Counted from the stretch's first letter, positions 44,449-54,221 are shown. The stretch: 64,000 bases of DNA from an uncultured Pseudomonadota bacterium (GCA_913060515.1 CAJXRZ010000022.1:10442-74441), one strand, 5' to 3'. Notes: generated by a model from the sequence alone, not told the origin. Made by a program: numbers and translations.

Positions 44449-45318
44449 TCAGCCCAGCCGTGTCGCCAGCTTCGCGCTGACCATCTGGGCGGCGTCCAAG
44501 TGCCACTCTTCAAAGGCTGCGTCGCCGAAGGGGTTGAGCAGCTCCAGGACACCGTGGGTACGCCCGGATGGGCCGCGCAGGGGGACCGCGAGCAGCGCCC
44601 GGGTTTGGTAGCCAGACTTCTCGTCGGCGTCCGAGTAGTGGCGGTTGTCCCGGCCAACCTCTCGCACCCACATGGCGGTGTTTGCGCCCAGAGAGACGCC
44701 CGCGATACCGGCGTTTGCGGGGATGCGCAGCTCAGAGACGCCCTTGGAGCGAGGGCCCTTGGCAGCGGCGAAGACGAGCTGGGAGCCCTCTGGCGTACGC
44801 AACAGCACAGCCCCGGACTCAGCGGGCACGAAGCGCATCAGCAGGGTCAACGCGGCCTCGCATGCGGTGCTGGCCATGTCGGCTTCCTGGATACCCAGGT
44901 CGGCGTCCACCAGGGCCTCCAAGCGGTCCATGCCGGCCTCGCTCGCAACCTCGAAGGCTGCCGAGGAGCGTGGGTCGGGGGCGTCGATGTGGCCCTCTAC
45001 GTCGGAGTCCACGTTCACGACGCTGTCGGCTTGAGCGACACGAACAGAGACTTCGGCCTGGGTCGTGGCCTGTCCCAAGCGCACCTGGACAGGAGACATG
45101 CCGCCATCGCCCTCTTCGAGCTCGCGGATCTCGAAGGTGGTCTCGGCGCTGGGGTCCTTGACCAAGATCGAGCCATCGGCGTTGATGTCGCAGACAACGC
45201 GGCTCAGATCGTCGTTGTCCAGGCCTTGGGCGGTCAAGCCGTGGCCCAGGGCTTCCATCCAGTTCTCGGCCTCGACGGTGGTGGCCCCAGCTGGGGTGCG
45301 GATCTCAAAGCGTGCCAT
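44449..45318 (-). CDS. GAF-domain protein
   Basis: 289 aa. The C-terminal ~150 aa has the GAF pattern (GIAGVSLGANTAMWV...ALLAVPL...HGVLELLN). The N-terminal ~130 aa is an acidic region of unknown fold. Confidence 0.6.
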   Translation of the reverse strand: MARFEIRTPAGATTVEAENWMEALGHGLTAQGLDNDDLSRVVCDINADGSILVKDPSAETTFEIRELEEGDGGMSPVQVRLGQATTQAEVSVRVAQADSVVNVDSDVEGHIDAPDPRSSAAFEVASEAGMDRLEALVDADLGIQEADMASTACEAALTLLMRFVPAESGAVLLRTPEGSQLVFAAAKGPRSKGVSELRIPANAGIAGVSLGANTAMWVREVGRDNRHYSDADEKSGYQTRALLAVPLRGPSGRTHGVLELLNPFGDAAFEEWHLDAAQMVSAKLATRLG

Positions 45319-45388
45319 GGGGAATCCTCCAGGGCAGTTTTAGGCTGGTTGGCCCGCCTCTGCCCGCGTTGCAGGCATAGTAGCCCTT

Positions 45389-47152
45389 GTGTGGTTCTTG
45401 TGGACTAGCCTTGCCCTCGCAGGCGAGATCGATGTTTGGAGGGCGCGGGCAGCGCTGGCCGGTGGGGATCTCTACGGCACCATGTCCCATCTGGACCGGG
45501 CCCTGACGGAGGAGCCCGCAGACTGGTCGGCCCACGCCGTCTTTCGCGAAGCGCTGGCTCAGGAGCTTCCCTGGCTGCTGACGGCGGTCTACCGAGATCT
45601 CGCCCAAAGCGGGAGCCCAGAGCAGCGTCTGCTGGCCCAGCTCGCTCTTGGGGAGAGCCTGAGCCCCGCCCCGGACGTGGACCCGCTGCTTTTGGCCTTG
45701 GTGCGCGCCCAGCGCAGCCTGGATCACGGCGCAGCCGAGGCCACACTGATCGCCCTTGAGGGCGTCGAGGATGCCCGCGCTGTGCCGCTGCGCCTACAGG
45801 CCTTGGCCGAGCTTCAGCGCGCTGGGCCGCTTCGTCGTGAGGCCAGGGAGGCGCTGCGCAGCTACCCCGAGCAACCTCAGTTGAGCGCCAGCGCGCTGCG
45901 CTACGAGCCAGAGGCTTTGTTGGGCCGTGGTTTGCGCACGCAAGCCTTGAGCGCTGCCTCCGATCTGGTGGAGCAAGATGAGCCCGCGGCGGTGTATCGG
46001 GCCCACGCCCTCTACTTGAGCATGGGGGAGCGGGACCTGGCGTTGGCTGCAGCGGCTCGCTTGGAGGCCCTTGGAGAGGCGCAGGAGTTGGCGGCGCACC
46101 GGCCTTGGAGTGAGTCCATGGCCCGGGATGTCGGACGGCTGCTGGCCATGCAGCGCAGCCCGAAGCTGCCCAACGGGGCCACCCCGCAAGAGCAAGCCAG
46201 AGCCCTGGCGTGGGCTGCGCGCGAGAAGGCGCGCAAAGGGCAGCAGGCCTCGGCTCAGTCTCTCTGGGAGCAGCTTCTGGACATGCCACAGGTCCCAAGT
46301 CCGCTCTACCTGGAGGCCTTGCTGTCTTTGGAGCAGACTGGGAGGAGTCCTCAGCAGCTGCTGATCGAGGCGGAGCAGCTGCGTGTGCGCGTGGCGATGG
46401 ACCCGCTGCGTCAGCCGGACACCCTGCTTCAGGAAGCCTGGCTGCTCAGCGCGCGCAGCCACCGGCGTCTTGGCCAGTTGGAGCAAGCCCTCGCGGCCGC
46501 CGACCTGGCAGCAGCTCTGGGTGCCGGAGCCGCCGCGTTGGTTCTTCAGGGGGAGATCCTGGAGCAGCTCGGACAGGGATCTGCGGCCTTCTTCGCATAC
46601 GCCGAGGCGGCCTCGCTTGGGGCAGAAGGCCTTGAGATGCGCCTGGAGCGGGTGACCCCGGTGCCGGGCAATCCTGGGGCGGTGGTCCAAGCCATTCCAA
46701 AGACCCAGAGAGGCGAGCAGCCTCTCGCCCCCACGCATGCGCCCCAGGCCCTGAGCCAGGAGGAGGTCCAGGGCCTGGATGGCCCGCTGGCGGTGAAGGG
46801 TCAGTGGACGGTGCTGGTCTTCTGGGCGAGCTGGTGCGCTCCGTGTCACGTCGAGCTCCCGGAGGCCGACGCGATGGCCCAGCGCCTGGAGCCCCATGGG
46901 ATTCAGGTCATTGCGGTCAGCATGGATGAGCGACGCGAAGATGCCTTGAAGTACCTCTCAGTGGCCGGCCTGGAGCACATGGGACAGGCGTGGGATCCGG
47001 AGTTCGGTCGCTCGTTGGAGGTTGGTGCGTTGCCGACTACGATCGTCGTCAATCCCGATGGAATCGTGGTCCATACACTTCAGGGCTATGTAAGTGAGGA
47101 ATTGAGCCGTATAGAGCTACAGCTGATCGAAGAACACGGAACAGGAGAGTGA
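45389..47152 (+). CDS. Secreted helical-repeat (TPR-like) protein fused to a C-terminal TlpA-like thioredoxin domain
   Basis: 587 aa with signal-like MWFLWTSLALAG. An Ala/Leu-rich repeat region precedes the C-terminal TVLVFWASWCAPCHVELPE...LPTTIVVNPDG. GTG start. Confidence 0.7.
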   Translation: MWFLWTSLALAGEIDVWRARAALAGGDLYGTMSHLDRALTEEPADWSAHAVFREALAQELPWLLTAVYRDLAQSGSPEQRLLAQLALGESLSPAPDVDPLLLALVRAQRSLDHGAAEATLIALEGVEDARAVPLRLQALAELQRAGPLRREAREALRSYPEQPQLSASALRYEPEALLGRGLRTQALSAASDLVEQDEPAAVYRAHALYLSMGERDLALAAAARLEALGEAQELAAHRPWSESMARDVGRLLAMQRSPKLPNGATPQEQARALAWAAREKARKGQQASAQSLWEQLLDMPQVPSPLYLEALLSLEQTGRSPQQLLIEAEQLRVRVAMDPLRQPDTLLQEAWLLSARSHRRLGQLEQALAAADLAAALGAGAAALVLQGEILEQLGQGSAAFFAYAEAASLGAEGLEMRLERVTPVPGNPGAVVQAIPKTQRGEQPLAPTHAPQALSQEEVQGLDGPLAVKGQWTVLVFWASWCAPCHVELPEADAMAQRLEPHGIQVIAVSMDERREDALKYLSVAGLEHMGQAWDPEFGRSLEVGALPTTIVVNPDGIVVHTLQGYVSEELSRIELQLIEEHGTGE

Positions 47153-47155
47153 TCG

Positions 47156-48979
47156 ATGTGCGGAATTGTTGGCTACGTAGGGCCGAAGTTGGCTGCGCCC
47201 ATTCTCTTGGACGGCCTCCGTCGCTTGGAGTACCGCGGCTATGACTCTGCCGGGGTCGCCCTGGTCGACGGGCCAACCATCACGGTGCACAAAGAAGTAG
47301 GCAAGGTCGCCATGGTTCAGGCCGTGGTCCCTGCAGATGCCCCCGGACACACTGGGATCGCGCACACACGCTGGGCGACCCACGGCGGCGTGACCCAGGC
47401 CAACGCTCACCCGCACACCGACATGGAGTTGGGCATTGCGGTGGTGCACAACGGCATCATCGACAATGACGAGGCACTGCGCCAGCGTCTGAGCGCGGCT
47501 GGCGTCGAGTTCCGATCTGAGACCGACACCGAGGTGCTCCCGCACCTGATCCGACACCACTACAAGGGTGATCCGACCCAGGCAGTGATCGATGCCCTCA
47601 AGGAGGTTCGGGGCACCTACGGCGTGGTCGTGGCCTTCGCTGAGCACCCGGGCGTCATGGTGGCCGCCCGCTTGGGCAGCCCCTTGGTGATCGGACTGGG
47701 CGAGGATGAGAATTTCATCGCTTCCGACCCCCATGCCCTCGTTCGCTACACCCGGCGCGTGATCTACTTGGAGGATCGTGAGCTGGCGACCATCACGGCC
47801 GATGGCGTGGAGTCCGTACACCTGGACGGCAGCGAGGCGCTGCACACGGTGGAGGAGCTCGAGGCGGCCTTTGGCACCGGAGACAAGGGCGAGTTCGAGC
47901 ACTACATGCTCAAGGAGATCCACGAGCAGCCAGAGAGCATCGGCCGCTGCCTGCGTGGCCGTGTTCAGCCTGAGGCGGGCACCGCACGCTTGGGTGGCTT
48001 TGATCTGCTGCCGCGGGATCTGACCGAGATCCCCTCCGTGACCATCATGGGCTGCGGCACCAGCTTCCACGCCGCAATGTTGGGCGCGATGGCCATCGAG
48101 CAGGTCGCTCGGGTGCCCGCCCGCGCGGTGATCGCCAGTGAGTTCCGTTGGTCCAACCCCCAGATCGACCCAAAGGGCTTGTACCTGGCGGTGTCCCAGT
48201 CGGGCGAGACCGCAGATACCCTTGGCGCCATCAAGGAGGTCACGACCAAGGGGGGGAAGGTCCTGGGCGTGGTGAACGTGGTGGGCTCCTCCATCGCACG
48301 CCTCTGCGGGAGCGGGGTCTACATTCACTCCGGCCCCGAGGTCGCTGTGGCCTCGACCAAGGCCTTCACCAGCCAGATCTCAGCGATGTACCTCTTCACG
48401 CTGATGCTGGGGCGCACCCTGACTCTGGCGCCGAACGAAGCCCAGCACTTGGCCCGCTCGTTGGCTGATTTACCTGAAATGGTAAGGGCTTACCTTGGGA
48501 ACCCTGGCCCCATCCAAGAGGCCGTTCGTCACCTGGTCAACGCCCGGTACGTGCTGTTCATGGGCCGTGGATTGAGCTGGCCTGTGGCGCTCGAGGGCGC
48601 GCTCAAGCTCAAGGAGCTCGCCTACATTCCATGCGAGGCCTACGCCGCCGGCGAGATGAAGCATGGCCCAATCGCCATGATGGAAGAGGGGACCCCGGTC
48701 ATCGTGATCGTGCCCAGCGACGCCAACCGCGAGCGCACCCTCTCCAACATGCGCGAGGTGCAGGCCCGCGGTGCAGCGTTGATCGTCATTCACTCCCGCG
48801 GCGACCACCAAGCGGCGAGCCTTGCCGCAGTGAGCATCCCGGTTCCCAGGGTTCACCCGCTGCTCACGCCCATGGTCACCGTTCTGCCTTTGCAGCTCTT
48901 GAGCTACCAAGCTGCGTTGGCGATGGGCCGAGACATCGACATGCCGCGCAACTTGGCCAAGAGCGTGACGGTCGAGTAG
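47156..48979 (+). CDS. glmS: Glutamine--fructose-6-phosphate aminotransferase
   Basis: 607 aa with MCGIVGY N-terminal nucleophile, two SIS domains and the C-terminal NLAKSVTVE. Confidence 0.95.
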   Translation: MCGIVGYVGPKLAAPILLDGLRRLEYRGYDSAGVALVDGPTITVHKEVGKVAMVQAVVPADAPGHTGIAHTRWATHGGVTQANAHPHTDMELGIAVVHNGIIDNDEALRQRLSAAGVEFRSETDTEVLPHLIRHHYKGDPTQAVIDALKEVRGTYGVVVAFAEHPGVMVAARLGSPLVIGLGEDENFIASDPHALVRYTRRVIYLEDRELATITADGVESVHLDGSEALHTVEELEAAFGTGDKGEFEHYMLKEIHEQPESIGRCLRGRVQPEAGTARLGGFDLLPRDLTEIPSVTIMGCGTSFHAAMLGAMAIEQVARVPARAVIASEFRWSNPQIDPKGLYLAVSQSGETADTLGAIKEVTTKGGKVLGVVNVVGSSIARLCGSGVYIHSGPEVAVASTKAFTSQISAMYLFTLMLGRTLTLAPNEAQHLARSLADLPEMVRAYLGNPGPIQEAVRHLVNARYVLFMGRGLSWPVALEGALKLKELAYIPCEAYAAGEMKHGPIAMMEEGTPVIVIVPSDANRERTLSNMREVQARGAALIVIHSRGDHQAASLAAVSIPVPRVHPLLTPMVTVLPLQLLSYQAALAMGRDIDMPRNLAKSVTVE

Positions 48980-49000
48980 GTCGGGTCCCATCGGAGGGCC

Positions 49001-50077
49001 CTACTTCGCGCGAAGAGCCACCATGCGCTTGTCCGTCAGGGCAACGACAACGAGTCCTTCCAGGACGACGGGCGGCAGCGCCAGTGGGGCCCCGAGCTCG
49101 AATCGGCCCCACTCGCCACCGTCGTCCAGATCCAGGACCCTGAGGGTCCCATCGCTCAGGCCCAGGTAGCCGCGTCCTTGGGCCACGCTCAGATCGGTCA
49201 CCGCGCCGGCTGAGAGCTCGGTTCGCCATCGGAGCGCGCCGGTGTCCCAATCAAAGGCCTGCACAACGCCTCGTGCGTCGACGACGAGCACGGCCTGGTC
49301 CCAGAGAGCCAGGCCACCGATGGGGCCAAAGTCCAGCTCGTGGCGCCAGATGAGCGCTCCTTCCATGTCGAAGCAGTTCAGCTGTCCGGTGGCCACGCTG
49401 TGGGGCGCGCTGGCCGCGTAGACGCGCTCTTGAAAATAGAGGGGGCGGGACTGGCCCGGGCCTCCGAGGTTGCTGCGCCAGAGTTCTCCCGGCGGACCTG
49501 CGGCGACGAGCTCTCCGCCTTCGGTGGCGATGTAGATCTGAAGCCCGTCGGTGACGAGGTTGGCCGCCGGTGGGGAGCCCAGGTCCAAAGCCCACTGGGG
49601 CAAGGTGCCGGCGCGGGTCAACATGACCTCGGCTGTACCCACCGCTACGGGAGGGCCCTGGAGGGGCGCAGCGAGGAGGGTCGGCTCGGGGGTCTGGCAG
49701 GAAGGATCCCCACAGCGACGCAACTCCGTCTCTGAGATTGCGATTAGCGCCCCATCGACCAGTCCCAGGTCGCTGCGCCCCTCAAGCTCGGTCCAGAGAG
49801 GCTGGCCTTGGGCGCTCAGGCTGATCAATACCTGGGCACTGCTGAGCGCAACGCCCCCTTGCCACGGCACCAGACCGGTGGCTTGCGCGGTGAGCTCCTT
49901 CTCCCAGGCCAACTCCAAGGGCGGCATGGGGCCGCGCACACCGTAGCCCTGCGCCCCGCTGTCCCAGGCGGGCAGACGTGGATTGGCCTTGACCACGGAT
50001 GGCGGGGCGGCGACTTCGATGGGTACTGCGCGGGGGTTGGCCTTTGGGCCGGCGCAGCTCAGGGTGATCCACAACAC
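49001..50077 (-). CDS. PQQ-like beta-propeller lipoprotein (BamB-like)
   Basis: 358 aa with lipobox ITLSC|AG. Repeated W/G-containing blades (e.g. LIWRHELDFGPIGG, ALRWRTELSAGAV). Confidence 0.6.
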   Translation of the reverse strand: MLWITLSCAGPKANPRAVPIEVAAPPSVVKANPRLPAWDSGAQGYGVRGPMPPLELAWEKELTAQATGLVPWQGGVALSSAQVLISLSAQGQPLWTELEGRSDLGLVDGALIAISETELRRCGDPSCQTPEPTLLAAPLQGPPVAVGTAEVMLTRAGTLPQWALDLGSPPAANLVTDGLQIYIATEGGELVAAGPPGELWRSNLGGPGQSRPLYFQERVYAASAPHSVATGQLNCFDMEGALIWRHELDFGPIGGLALWDQAVLVVDARGVVQAFDWDTGALRWRTELSAGAVTDLSVAQGRGYLGLSDGTLRVLDLDDGGEWGRFELGAPLALPPVVLEGLVVVALTDKRMVALRAK

Positions 50078-50163
50078 GGCGCCATTGTATGGGGATGCAC
50101 CCAGCTCGTCAGCAGTGCGTCAGGTGACTTGCCCCGATGGCCTCGCAGTGTCAGGCTGCGCCC

Positions 50164-51360
50164 ATGAAGAAGACCCTGATCGTTGGCCTGTTCCTCGGCC
50201 TGAGCTCCTGCGCGACTGCGCCCAACAAGATCGCTGATCACAAGGTGTACGCCGACGAGGCCGACGCCCTCGACCACAGCGGCGATGTCTTGCGCTTCGC
50301 CGTGGTCGGAAACGTGCGCGCGCCGGTGCCGGTTCTGGACAAGGCCGGGCGGAAGGGGGCCACCGAAGGGGTCAACGCGGCCATCGTCAGCGATCTGCGC
50401 AAGCGCGTGGATCGCAAGCAGCTCGATTTCGTGGCGCTGATGGGCGACAACGTGCGGTGGTCGTCCACAAAAGAGTGGAAGGTCTTTGACTCCCTCTGGC
50501 AGGAGGTCTTGGACGGTGAGACCGTGCCCACCACGGAGGGCTACCGGATCCCGGCCCTGCCGGTGATCGGCGACGTGGACAGCCGCAACGACAAGAGCCT
50601 GCAAGGTGTCTACGGGGCCTTCCCCGAGGTCGGTGTGGACATCGGTCACGCCCGCGTGGCGAGCTGGTACAGCTTCGATGTGCGGGTAGAGGGCACCATC
50701 TGGCGCATGATCGTGCTCGACTCCAACAAGGACCGCTTGGGCAGCCGCTGGAACGAGCAGCTCTACTGGATCCCCGAGGCCACCGAGGGCCGCTTCGATC
50801 ACGTCGTGGTCTTCATGCACGACCCGATCGTGACCCTGACCAAGGGCACCGAGCCCAACGTCGACGGCGCCCCGATGGAGCTGATCGATGCGGTCGAAGA
50901 GAGCGCCGGGCTGATGAAGATCCGGGCGATCTTCTCGGCCGAGCCGCACTCCACCGAGATCTTCCTGCCCAGCGGTCCTCTCGGGGAAGCCCACTTCACC
51001 GCGGGTGGAGGCGGCGCGCCCGCGGAGACCCAGGAGCGCTGGGGGAATGGAGATGCCTTGGGCTACGGAGATCTCCAGCTTGAGCCGCTCTTCGACCTGG
51101 CGTTGCAGAACGAGTTCGACCGACAGGCCGGCGCACAGACCTTCCCGGACGAGGTCATCGACCACGCCAAGGCAAGCGGCACCTGGGAGGGCTTCACGGC
51201 CGCTTACGATGCGCGCTATTTCCCGCTCTATGGCTTCTGGATGGCTGAGATTCAAGGCGATGAGCTGCGGGTTGCATACGAGCAGTATCAGCCAGATGGT
51301 AGCTTCAAAGAGGCGTACCACATTAAGTTGGTAGACGGAAAGTGGCGGCCCAAGGGGTGA
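50164..51360 (+). CDS. Lipoprotein with degenerate calcineurin-like metallophosphoesterase scaffold
   Basis: Start ATG 50164 gives MKKTLIVGLFLGLSSC|A. The GD (ALMGDNV) and H (VVFMHDP) motifs are kept, but motif I reads VVGNVR (no DxH) and motif III reads VIGDVD (no GNHD/E). Confidence 0.5.
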   Translation: MKKTLIVGLFLGLSSCATAPNKIADHKVYADEADALDHSGDVLRFAVVGNVRAPVPVLDKAGRKGATEGVNAAIVSDLRKRVDRKQLDFVALMGDNVRWSSTKEWKVFDSLWQEVLDGETVPTTEGYRIPALPVIGDVDSRNDKSLQGVYGAFPEVGVDIGHARVASWYSFDVRVEGTIWRMIVLDSNKDRLGSRWNEQLYWIPEATEGRFDHVVVFMHDPIVTLTKGTEPNVDGAPMELIDAVEESAGLMKIRAIFSAEPHSTEIFLPSGPLGEAHFTAGGGGAPAETQERWGNGDALGYGDLQLEPLFDLALQNEFDRQAGAQTFPDEVIDHAKASGTWEGFTAAYDARYFPLYGFWMAEIQGDELRVAYEQYQPDGSFKEAYHIKLVDGKWRPKG

Positions 51361-51364
51361 GCGC

Positions 51365-51886
51365 TTGTTGAACCTTCTCCCAGTTCTTCTGCCCATGGGG
51401 GAGCTGGGTGCGTCTGTTGGGGTGGGCGTGGTCAGGCCCATGTCCCAGGAGTTCTCACGCTTTGAGGGCGTCTTGGGGCCTCAGCTGGAGTTGGGCTATC
51501 AGCACGCTTTGACCCCCGGCTTGCAGGTCCGAGTCTCTTGGCGAATGCTCTCGGACCTGGATGCGCGTTCTACAGGCTTGGGGGTCGGTTTAGGCCTTGG
51601 CTTGCCAGCTCAGTTCATCTTGGGCGGGCAAGTTCGCATGGACAGCCAGCAGTGGGAGCTGGTGACGGAGGATTGCCTGGCCGCTTGGTGCGTTCCACCC
51701 AAGCCGCCCGAGCTCTCCATCGCCGGCAGCCTCACGCGGGCCTCTGTCCTCAGTGAGCGCCTGGTTCTGGAGTACGGCGTGCATGTGGCGGCGGGTGTCG
51801 CGAGCTGGTCGACGGGCAGCGCGCAGGCCGGGAGTCAGTACCGCTCCGCCTCCGCCCAAGTTTGGTTCTGGCCGAACCGGGCCTAG
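51365..51886 (+). CDS. Hypothetical Gly-rich beta-type protein
   Basis: 173 aa with a TTG start 4 nt after the upstream stop, ending ...QVWFWPNRA. Composition is unlike the Arg-rich opposite-strand ORF. Weak call. Confidence 0.4.
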   Translation: MLNLLPVLLPMGELGASVGVGVVRPMSQEFSRFEGVLGPQLELGYQHALTPGLQVRVSWRMLSDLDARSTGLGVGLGLGLPAQFILGGQVRMDSQQWELVTEDCLAAWCVPPKPPELSIAGSLTRASVLSERLVLEYGVHVAAGVASWSTGSAQAGSQYRSASAQVWFWPNRA

Positions 51887-52290
51887 TTGAGCGGTTCCAC
51901 GCGGATGTACAGGGCGGCCCGACCAAAGTCTTTGCGCCAACGCTCTGGTGTGATCTCGGTGTAGAGCGTCCCTCTGGCTCCAAGCAAGGCCATGCCGCCG
52001 GGCTGCTGACCCCGCACAACTACGAAGAACTGCTCTTCCTCGAAACCGTAGCCCAAGCAGTAGTCCTTCCTGCGCCACCGGAAGCTGCTTAGGCCCTCGT
52101 CCTGGTCTGTGTCCGTGAGCAGCAAGGTGCGGCCCAGTGGCGTGCTCACGCGAACTTGTACAGGGGGATCGGGCGGTGTGAACGGGGTGGCCTCGACCGG
52201 GGTGAGCGCCTCTGGGATGCACGCTGTGGCCGGCCCAGATTGGGGCAGGGGACTGGCCCACAGGGGAGAGATCAGCAAAAGAGAGAGCAC
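51883..52290 (-). CDS. Secreted protein, unknown function
   Basis: 135 aa with signal-like MLSLLLISPLWASP. 4-nt convergent overlap with the previous gene. Confidence 0.45.
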   Translation of the reverse strand: MLSLLLISPLWASPLPQSGPATACIPEALTPVEATPFTPPDPPVQVRVSTPLGRTLLLTDTDQDEGLSSFRWRRKDYCLGYGFEEEQFFVVVRGQQPGGMALLGARGTLYTEITPERWRKDFGRAALYIRVEPLN

Positions 52291-52294
52291 CGAC

Positions 52295-52762
52295 TCAGGC
52301 CTCGAGCTTGCCGCTCTCTACGTCTTGGTAGATCTCCTTCTTGAGGTTGGAGAGGATGGTCACAAGACCCTTTTCCAGTCCATCTCGCAGGCCGCCTACG
52401 TCAACGACCAGGCCAAACATCGAGCCCGGGTCGTAGTCCATGTGCAGGGTGATCAGGGTGTCCCTGGAGCCCCGGGGAGTGCGCAGCGAGTAGTGCAGCT
52501 TGCCCTTTGTGCGCTTGCCGTCGGTCTCACAGAGGATTCGGCGGCCACCATGCTCATCGTCAGCGGCGATGAAGCGGTAGCGCATCACCCGGGACTTTGG
52601 AAAGAGCTTGAGGGTGCAGGTCCACTCGGTGTCGCTGGCCCGGCTGACGTCGTTGAAGGCGCCTGCCAAGAAGCGGTCGTGGTTGTCCGTGACGCTGAGC
52701 CAAGCAAAGACGTCCTTGCGCTTGAGTCCTTCGACGACGTTGTCCACGGTAATGACGGGCAT
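52295..52762 (-). CDS. SRPBCC (START/Bet v1-like) superfamily protein
   Basis: 155 aa. Length and beta-alpha pattern fit (MPVITVDNVVEGL...HYSLRTPRGSRDTLITLHMDYD...). This is a fold-level guess only. Confidence 0.45.
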   Translation of the reverse strand: MPVITVDNVVEGLKRKDVFAWLSVTDNHDRFLAGAFNDVSRASDTEWTCTLKLFPKSRVMRYRFIAADDEHGGRRILCETDGKRTKGKLHYSLRTPRGSRDTLITLHMDYDPGSMFGLVVDVGGLRDGLEKGLVTILSNLKKEIYQDVESGKLEA

Positions 52763-52839
52763 GTGGCGCTCCTGCTGCTTTGGGCGTCTCTAACACGGCT
52801 CTGCGGCGGGGCAGGGCAGGGACCGTTAGACTTGGTGCT

Positions 52840-53733
52840 GTGATTCCAGCTCTCATTCCCTATTGGCAACCCCAGGTCTACCAGCTCGGGCCGATCCCCA
52901 TCGACCCCTGGGCCACCCTGGTCTGCATCGCTTTCGTCCTTGGCCTGGAGGTCGGCCGCTCACGTGGCCTGCGGAAGGGCCTGGCCCCGCGGGATGTCGT
53001 GGACGGCGCAGTCTTTGTGGTCGCGATGGGCTTCGTGGTCGGTCACCTGGTGCACGTGTTGGCCTACAACCGCCACCTGATGCAGCTGGACGGCCAGTTC
53101 GACCCCTGGACGGCCTTTGTGGCGCTGGCCTCTGTCTGGGCGGGTTTCTCCTCCAACGGTGGCTTCCTCGGCGCCGTGATTGGTGCGATCCTGTTCTACA
53201 AGTTCATCCGACCACGGGACTTCTGGAAGTTCGCCGACAACGCCATGTATGGCTTCCCCTTTGGCTACATCTTCGGGCGCTTGGGCTGCTTCAGCGTGCA
53301 CGACCACATCGGGGTCAAGGCCAGCGAGTTCCCCTTGCTGCGCTTCCTCGCGGTCGATTTCCCTGCGCCCTACGAGCCTCGCTACGATCTCGGCCTGCTC
53401 GAGGCCATCTGGGTGGCCATGGTGGCTGCGCTCTTCTTCGCGGTCGATCGCAAGTGGCCCAAGGCCCCGAACGGGAAGTTCATCGCCCTCTGGGGCATGA
53501 CCTATGCCCCGATGCGCTTCTTGATGGACTTTCTGCGAAACACTGACCTGGGTGAGGCAAGCGACGTTCGCTATCTGGGCCTGACCCCGGCTCAGTACGG
53601 CAGCTTGCTGACCATGTTCGGCAGCACGATGGTGCTGATCTGGCTGCTCAAGCGAAAGAAGAAGGGGGCTGCGGTGTCTTCGAGCCTTCAAGAAGGCGAC
53701 TCTGAGATCGCCGCTACTGAGACGGGTGATTAG
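52840..53733 (+). CDS. lgt: Prolipoprotein diacylglyceryl transferase
   Basis: Polytopic. Blocks GFSSNGGFLGAVIG and YIFGRLGCFSVHDHIG are present. GTG 52840 is preferred; the track's 52780 start would leave only 17 bp to the divergent gene. Confidence 0.8.
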   Translation: MIPALIPYWQPQVYQLGPIPIDPWATLVCIAFVLGLEVGRSRGLRKGLAPRDVVDGAVFVVAMGFVVGHLVHVLAYNRHLMQLDGQFDPWTAFVALASVWAGFSSNGGFLGAVIGAILFYKFIRPRDFWKFADNAMYGFPFGYIFGRLGCFSVHDHIGVKASEFPLLRFLAVDFPAPYEPRYDLGLLEAIWVAMVAALFFAVDRKWPKAPNGKFIALWGMTYAPMRFLMDFLRNTDLGEASDVRYLGLTPAQYGSLLTMFGSTMVLIWLLKRKKKGAAVSSSLQEGDSEIAATETGD

Positions 53734-53771
53734 GCTGGCCCTCAATTGGGAATCCCCAAAGGATGGACAGC

Positions 53772-54221
53772 ATGGCGATCGTTGACGAAGTCACCCAGCA
53801 CATGAAGGCCGCGATGAGGGCCAAGGACAAGGAGAGGCTTCAAGCCATCCGTATGATCCGGGCCCGCATCATTGAGCTCTCCAAGACCGCCAAAGCCGAC
53901 ACCGGCGACGAGGCCATCATCGCGGAGCTGCGCTCCATGGTGAAGCAGCGCAAGGATGCCTCCAAGACCTACGTCGAAGGCGGAAGGCAGGATCTGGCCG
54001 ACATCGAGAACAGCGAGATCGCTGTCATCGAGGAGTTCTTGCCAGGCCTCGCGGACGCTGCGCAGACGCAGATCTGGGTGGACGAAGCCGTCGCGAGCAG
54101 CGGTGCGTCCACACCAAAGGACATGGGCCGCGCAATGGGGGCCTTGATGAAGGCTCACAAGGGTGAGATCGACGGCGGCATGGCCCGCACGATGATTCAG
54201 AAAGCACTGTCCGGCGCCTAA
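53772..54221 (+). CDS. yqeY: GatB/YqeY-domain protein
   Basis: MAIVDEVTQHMKAAMRAKDKERLQAIRMIRA...KDMGRAMGALMKAHKGEIDG. ATG 53772 (AAAGGA SD) or 53763. Confidence 0.8.
   Translation: MAIVDEVTQHMKAAMRAKDKERLQAIRMIRARIIELSKTAKADTGDEAIIAELRSMVKQRKDASKTYVEGGRQDLADIENSEIAVIEEFLPGLADAAQTQIWVDEAVASSGASTPKDMGRAMGALMKAHKGEIDGGMARTMIQKALSGA

Noticed and set aside
47100-47155. Checked for a glmS ribozyme or leader upstream of glmS.
   Set aside because: glmS starts 3 nt after the upstream gene's stop. There is no untranslated leader in which a ribozyme or sRNA-target structure could reside.
49791-49804. GTCCAGAGAGGCTG on the + strand, a 14-mer matching the PyrR-binding RNA core as I remember it (..UCCAGAGAGGCU..).
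   Set aside because: It lies inside and antisense to the BamB-like coding sequence, where it encodes GQPLWTE on the other strand. It is ~15 kb from the pyr genes and has no adjacent terminator/antiterminator structure. A chance 10-14-mer match in 128 kb of two-strand sequence is not negligible.
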